Shown here: positions 61,392-64,000 of the stretch, piece after piece
Numbering within the stretch: the first letter of the stretch is position 1
Layout: the number at the start of each line of letters is the position of its first letter
Assembly (NCBI RefSeq): GCF_046119375.1
Contig: NW_027362773.1
Span: 236,220,001 to 236,284,000, forward strand
Reading direction: 5' to 3'
DNA from: Phyllobates terribilis
Lineage: Eukaryota
Length of the DNA stretch: 64,000 nucleotides
The notes under the pieces: model-generated
Databases searched by the model: none
What the model was told of the DNA's origin: nothing
Seen by the model: the letters and a program-made list of their open reading frames with translations, nothing else
Program-made: the position numbers and the translations under genes

Positions 61392-63212
61392 TCTGTATGG
61401 AATTGTTCAATAAAGGGCCCAAAATTAAGATAACATAGATGGAAGAGGTCTCTATGAATAGGAATTCCTAAGTATTTGATACCCTGTGAGGGCCAGGCAA
61501 AGGGAAAGTTGGACTGGATGGAATCCTATATGGATTTGGGGAGGGAGACATCGAGGGCCTCAGACTTCGCTGCATTGATTTTAAAATTTTACCATGTAAC
61601 AAAGTGATCTATTTCAGCCATAACAGCAGGGATGGATATATGTGATTGAGTGATATATACTAGGACATCATCAGCAAATAGAGAGCACTTGTACTCGGTG
61701 CCTCCCACCTCAATCCACCTAATATTGGGGTTATGGCGAATTGATGAGAGCAGGTGCTCCGTCACTAGGATGTATAAGAGAGGGGACAGAGGACATCCCT
61801 GCCTTGTCCCATTGGTGATTGTGAAAGGTGATGAAAATGTTCTGACGCACCCCCTGGGCCTTGGGACACCCGGAGCCGGACCCTTTTTGGTGGATGCTGG
61901 TGGTTGTAGTCTTCGTGGCGGCGACCCGGTTCCGTGGCTCAGGGCGGTCAAACCAGTGGCGGAACTATTTATGTGGTTTTGATGTTTAAATGTCCGACTA
62001 CACCACCCGTGGATTGCGGTCAGAGTGAACCGCCGCTACTGGGCAGACCGCTGAGGCTGGTGTTGTGGGTGCAGCAGAGCGTAGCATAACTCCCCACGGG
62101 AGGAGTATAGCCTCAGGGCAGTGTATGCGGAGGATGGGGGTGATGGTGCAGGGCAGCAGCAGTAACGACACGGAGTCAGTGATGCAGTCCAGGGCCTTTA
62201 CTCACAGTTCTTATTATCCAGACCACGTCTGCAGGTAACGACTGCCCACGTCGTACTGTGCTCACCAGGTGAGGGGCTCAGACAACTCCCAGATAACTTT
62301 GGAGCACTTCACAGGACCCCCTTTGTGTGTCCTTTGTCTGGCCTTTCTTACCAACACTTCTGTCCGGCTGCCTCGGGCCTCCTCTTGGTAAATTTGGCGC
62401 CAGTTTCCCTGACCCTATGTGGTGCCTTCCTAGCGGGTGTAGCGAGGGGCTGCGCCACATAAAATGTCAGAGCCTCCGGTTTCTAGCTGAGGGTCGTTTC
62501 CTGCCTCCACTAGTTTGGGGACCGGTCTCCCCCTTTGGCCTGACCCCTCCACGCAGGTGGATTCGGGCGTGCGGTGGAGACTCGCCCGTCCGCACCCCTG
62601 GGATCCCTTCATTCCTCGTTCCTGGAGCCTTCTCCGCTCCTCTTCCTTCCTTCTCCCTCTTCCAGGCCTGGGCCTCTGTTACTAGGCCCGCCTCCGGAGC
62701 AGAGCTCATGCAGAGCCCCTGCTCCCTGCCACTTCTGCTCAGACTTCTCTGCACTGAACTAAGATGGTGCCCACCTTTTATACTCCCTTCTCAATGCACC
62801 CAGGAACTGCTTCCTCCCTGCTCCTGCACTACAGGGTTCCCCTTCCTCAGTGTTCCCTCCCCCCACTCCAGCCAGGGACAGGGACTGTCGTGCCCATCTC
62901 AGGGGCATATTGGTCGCCCTGCCCCATGGCAATGTGGTGTAATGCATGCAGGTGTCGGGTCCTGATCCACACTCCATCCTTACCTGAGAGTGAGATATCA
63001 CACCTCTGGGTGAGGTGCAATACGTCTGTAGCAACCGAGCCCTCAGGGTGCTACAGTTCCATTTATCTTCAGCCTAGGTGACGTATTGCGATACAGGGCC
63101 GTGATTTTGGCTATAAAAGGGTCCCCTAGACCCCTACCCCAAGATTTTTAAGAGAATCATATATGGCGTGCCAGGAGACTCTATGGAATGCTTTCTCAGC
63201 ATCCATCGAGAG
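61392..63212 (-). pseudogene. L1-type RT fragment, cargo copy 2, split by a solo LTR
   Basis: GTRQGCPLSPLLY...LFADD in ORF 61589-61951 and DAEKAF block at ~63180-63212. Confidence 0.9.
61843..63055. mobile_element. Solo LTR (1213 bp), cargo copy 2
   Basis: TGACGCACC...GTGCTACA with GTTC duplication (61839-61842, 63056-63059). Confidence 0.88.
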
Positions 63213-63327
63213 TATCTAATTACAAATTTTTAACTGCATCTAGCCCAGGAAATACTTTGTGCCTAGTAGCAGTGTCTGCTAGTCAGCGGATTATCCCGGC
63301 TGTTAAGCAAGCTACACCACCTGTAGT

Positions 63328-63596
63328 TTAGACACTTAATTTTTTCAAAGGAAATGCTTCGGGACCATGGGATACTTAGTGAAGAGCAAAAGGAGGCACC
63401 CCAAGGCATAGGGACTGGGACTGGCAGTAGAATGCCTTGCGGTGGACAGCCGAGCTCGATCCTTATAAAAGCTTTTTAACTGCAGCAGCTTTAGTGGACG
63501 CTACTGGAGCTGGAATTACCGCGGCTGCTGGCATGAGACTTGCCCTCCAATAGATCCTTGTAAATGGATTTAAAGTGTATTCATTCAAATTAGAGA
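63328..63596 (-). pseudogene. Degenerate 18S rRNA fragment, cargo copy 2
   Basis: Reverse complement contains CCAGCAGCCGCGGTAATTCCAGCTCC and the flanking SSU blocks. Confidence 0.9.
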
Positions 63597-64000
63597 GACA
63601 ATTTAAATTAAAAAGCTTAGAGCTGCCTCCACCACAGGGGGGCTCGCTCGACCCACCAGCGGACAGGCACCAGTATTGGGAGAGGGGGGCTGGCCGTCAG
63701 GGTTCACCGCGGCTCTGGCACAAACCCGGCGACACGGAGGTGGCACGGGCAGGAGCGGACTGGCCGTGTCGGCTTCTCACTTTTTGGATTTTAGAAGGGC
63801 ATGACATGCCTATATCTTTGTCTCCCCCTCCTTTTACTCCTCCACCTCTTTTATTTTCGCATGACTATATGTACTTGTCACTTTTCCATGTGTTAGTTAT
63901 GTCTTCTGAGCAGTTTGTCAGCTTTTGGACACCTTTGAAGGTGTTTTCTATGTGTTTCTATGTGTTTTTGTTTGCCTGCCATTGGTTTTAACGGTGTTCG

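Larger units (their letters stand above)
53050..64000 (+). mobile_element. hAT family B composite element, right copy (5' TIR at 53050; 3' TIR predicted ~100 bp beyond the window)
   Basis: TAGAGATGAGCG at 53050. The last bases of the window are the reverse complement of ~7829-7840, and the left-copy TIR starts at 7731. Confidence 0.9.

Noticed and set aside
7731-64000. Inverted duplication as an assembly artefact
   Set aside because: The arms differ by many substitutions, private frameshifts, array length and presence of the 8.2-kb retrotransposon.

Overview
Eukaryotic, vertebrate-type DNA, probably from a frog (inferred from the TE families; species not determinable). It is made almost entirely of nested transposable elements and their tandem repeats, and no host protein-coding gene could be supported. 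Main components: (i) hAT family A in three partial copies (<1-3357, 3358-6688, 40288-48299) carrying 133-bp and 52-bp tandem arrays. (ii) hAT family B (ends TAGAGATGAG / TAGTGTTGAG, 8-bp TSD), encoding an unusually long ~1233-aa BED-finger transposase. It occurs as two inverted copies of an ~11-kb composite (7731-25099 minus; 53050->64000 plus) with identical cargo (dead Tc1, L1 RT fragment, solo LTR, 18S rDNA fragment), a third internally deleted copy (48300-53049) and a complete 3.3-kb foldback derivative (41387-44668). (iii) An apparently intact, very young Gmr1-like Ty3/gypsy element with PR-INT-RT-RH order (12052-20237). (iv) A decayed Penelope-like element with a hammerhead-like motif. 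(v) Several MITEs and fossil elements in an AT-rich central interval. The most notable signal is that the cargo lesions are shared between the two composite copies while every transposase lesion is private, so the cargo-laden element had an intact transposase when it was copied. All alignments were done by eye; approximate boundaries are flagged.
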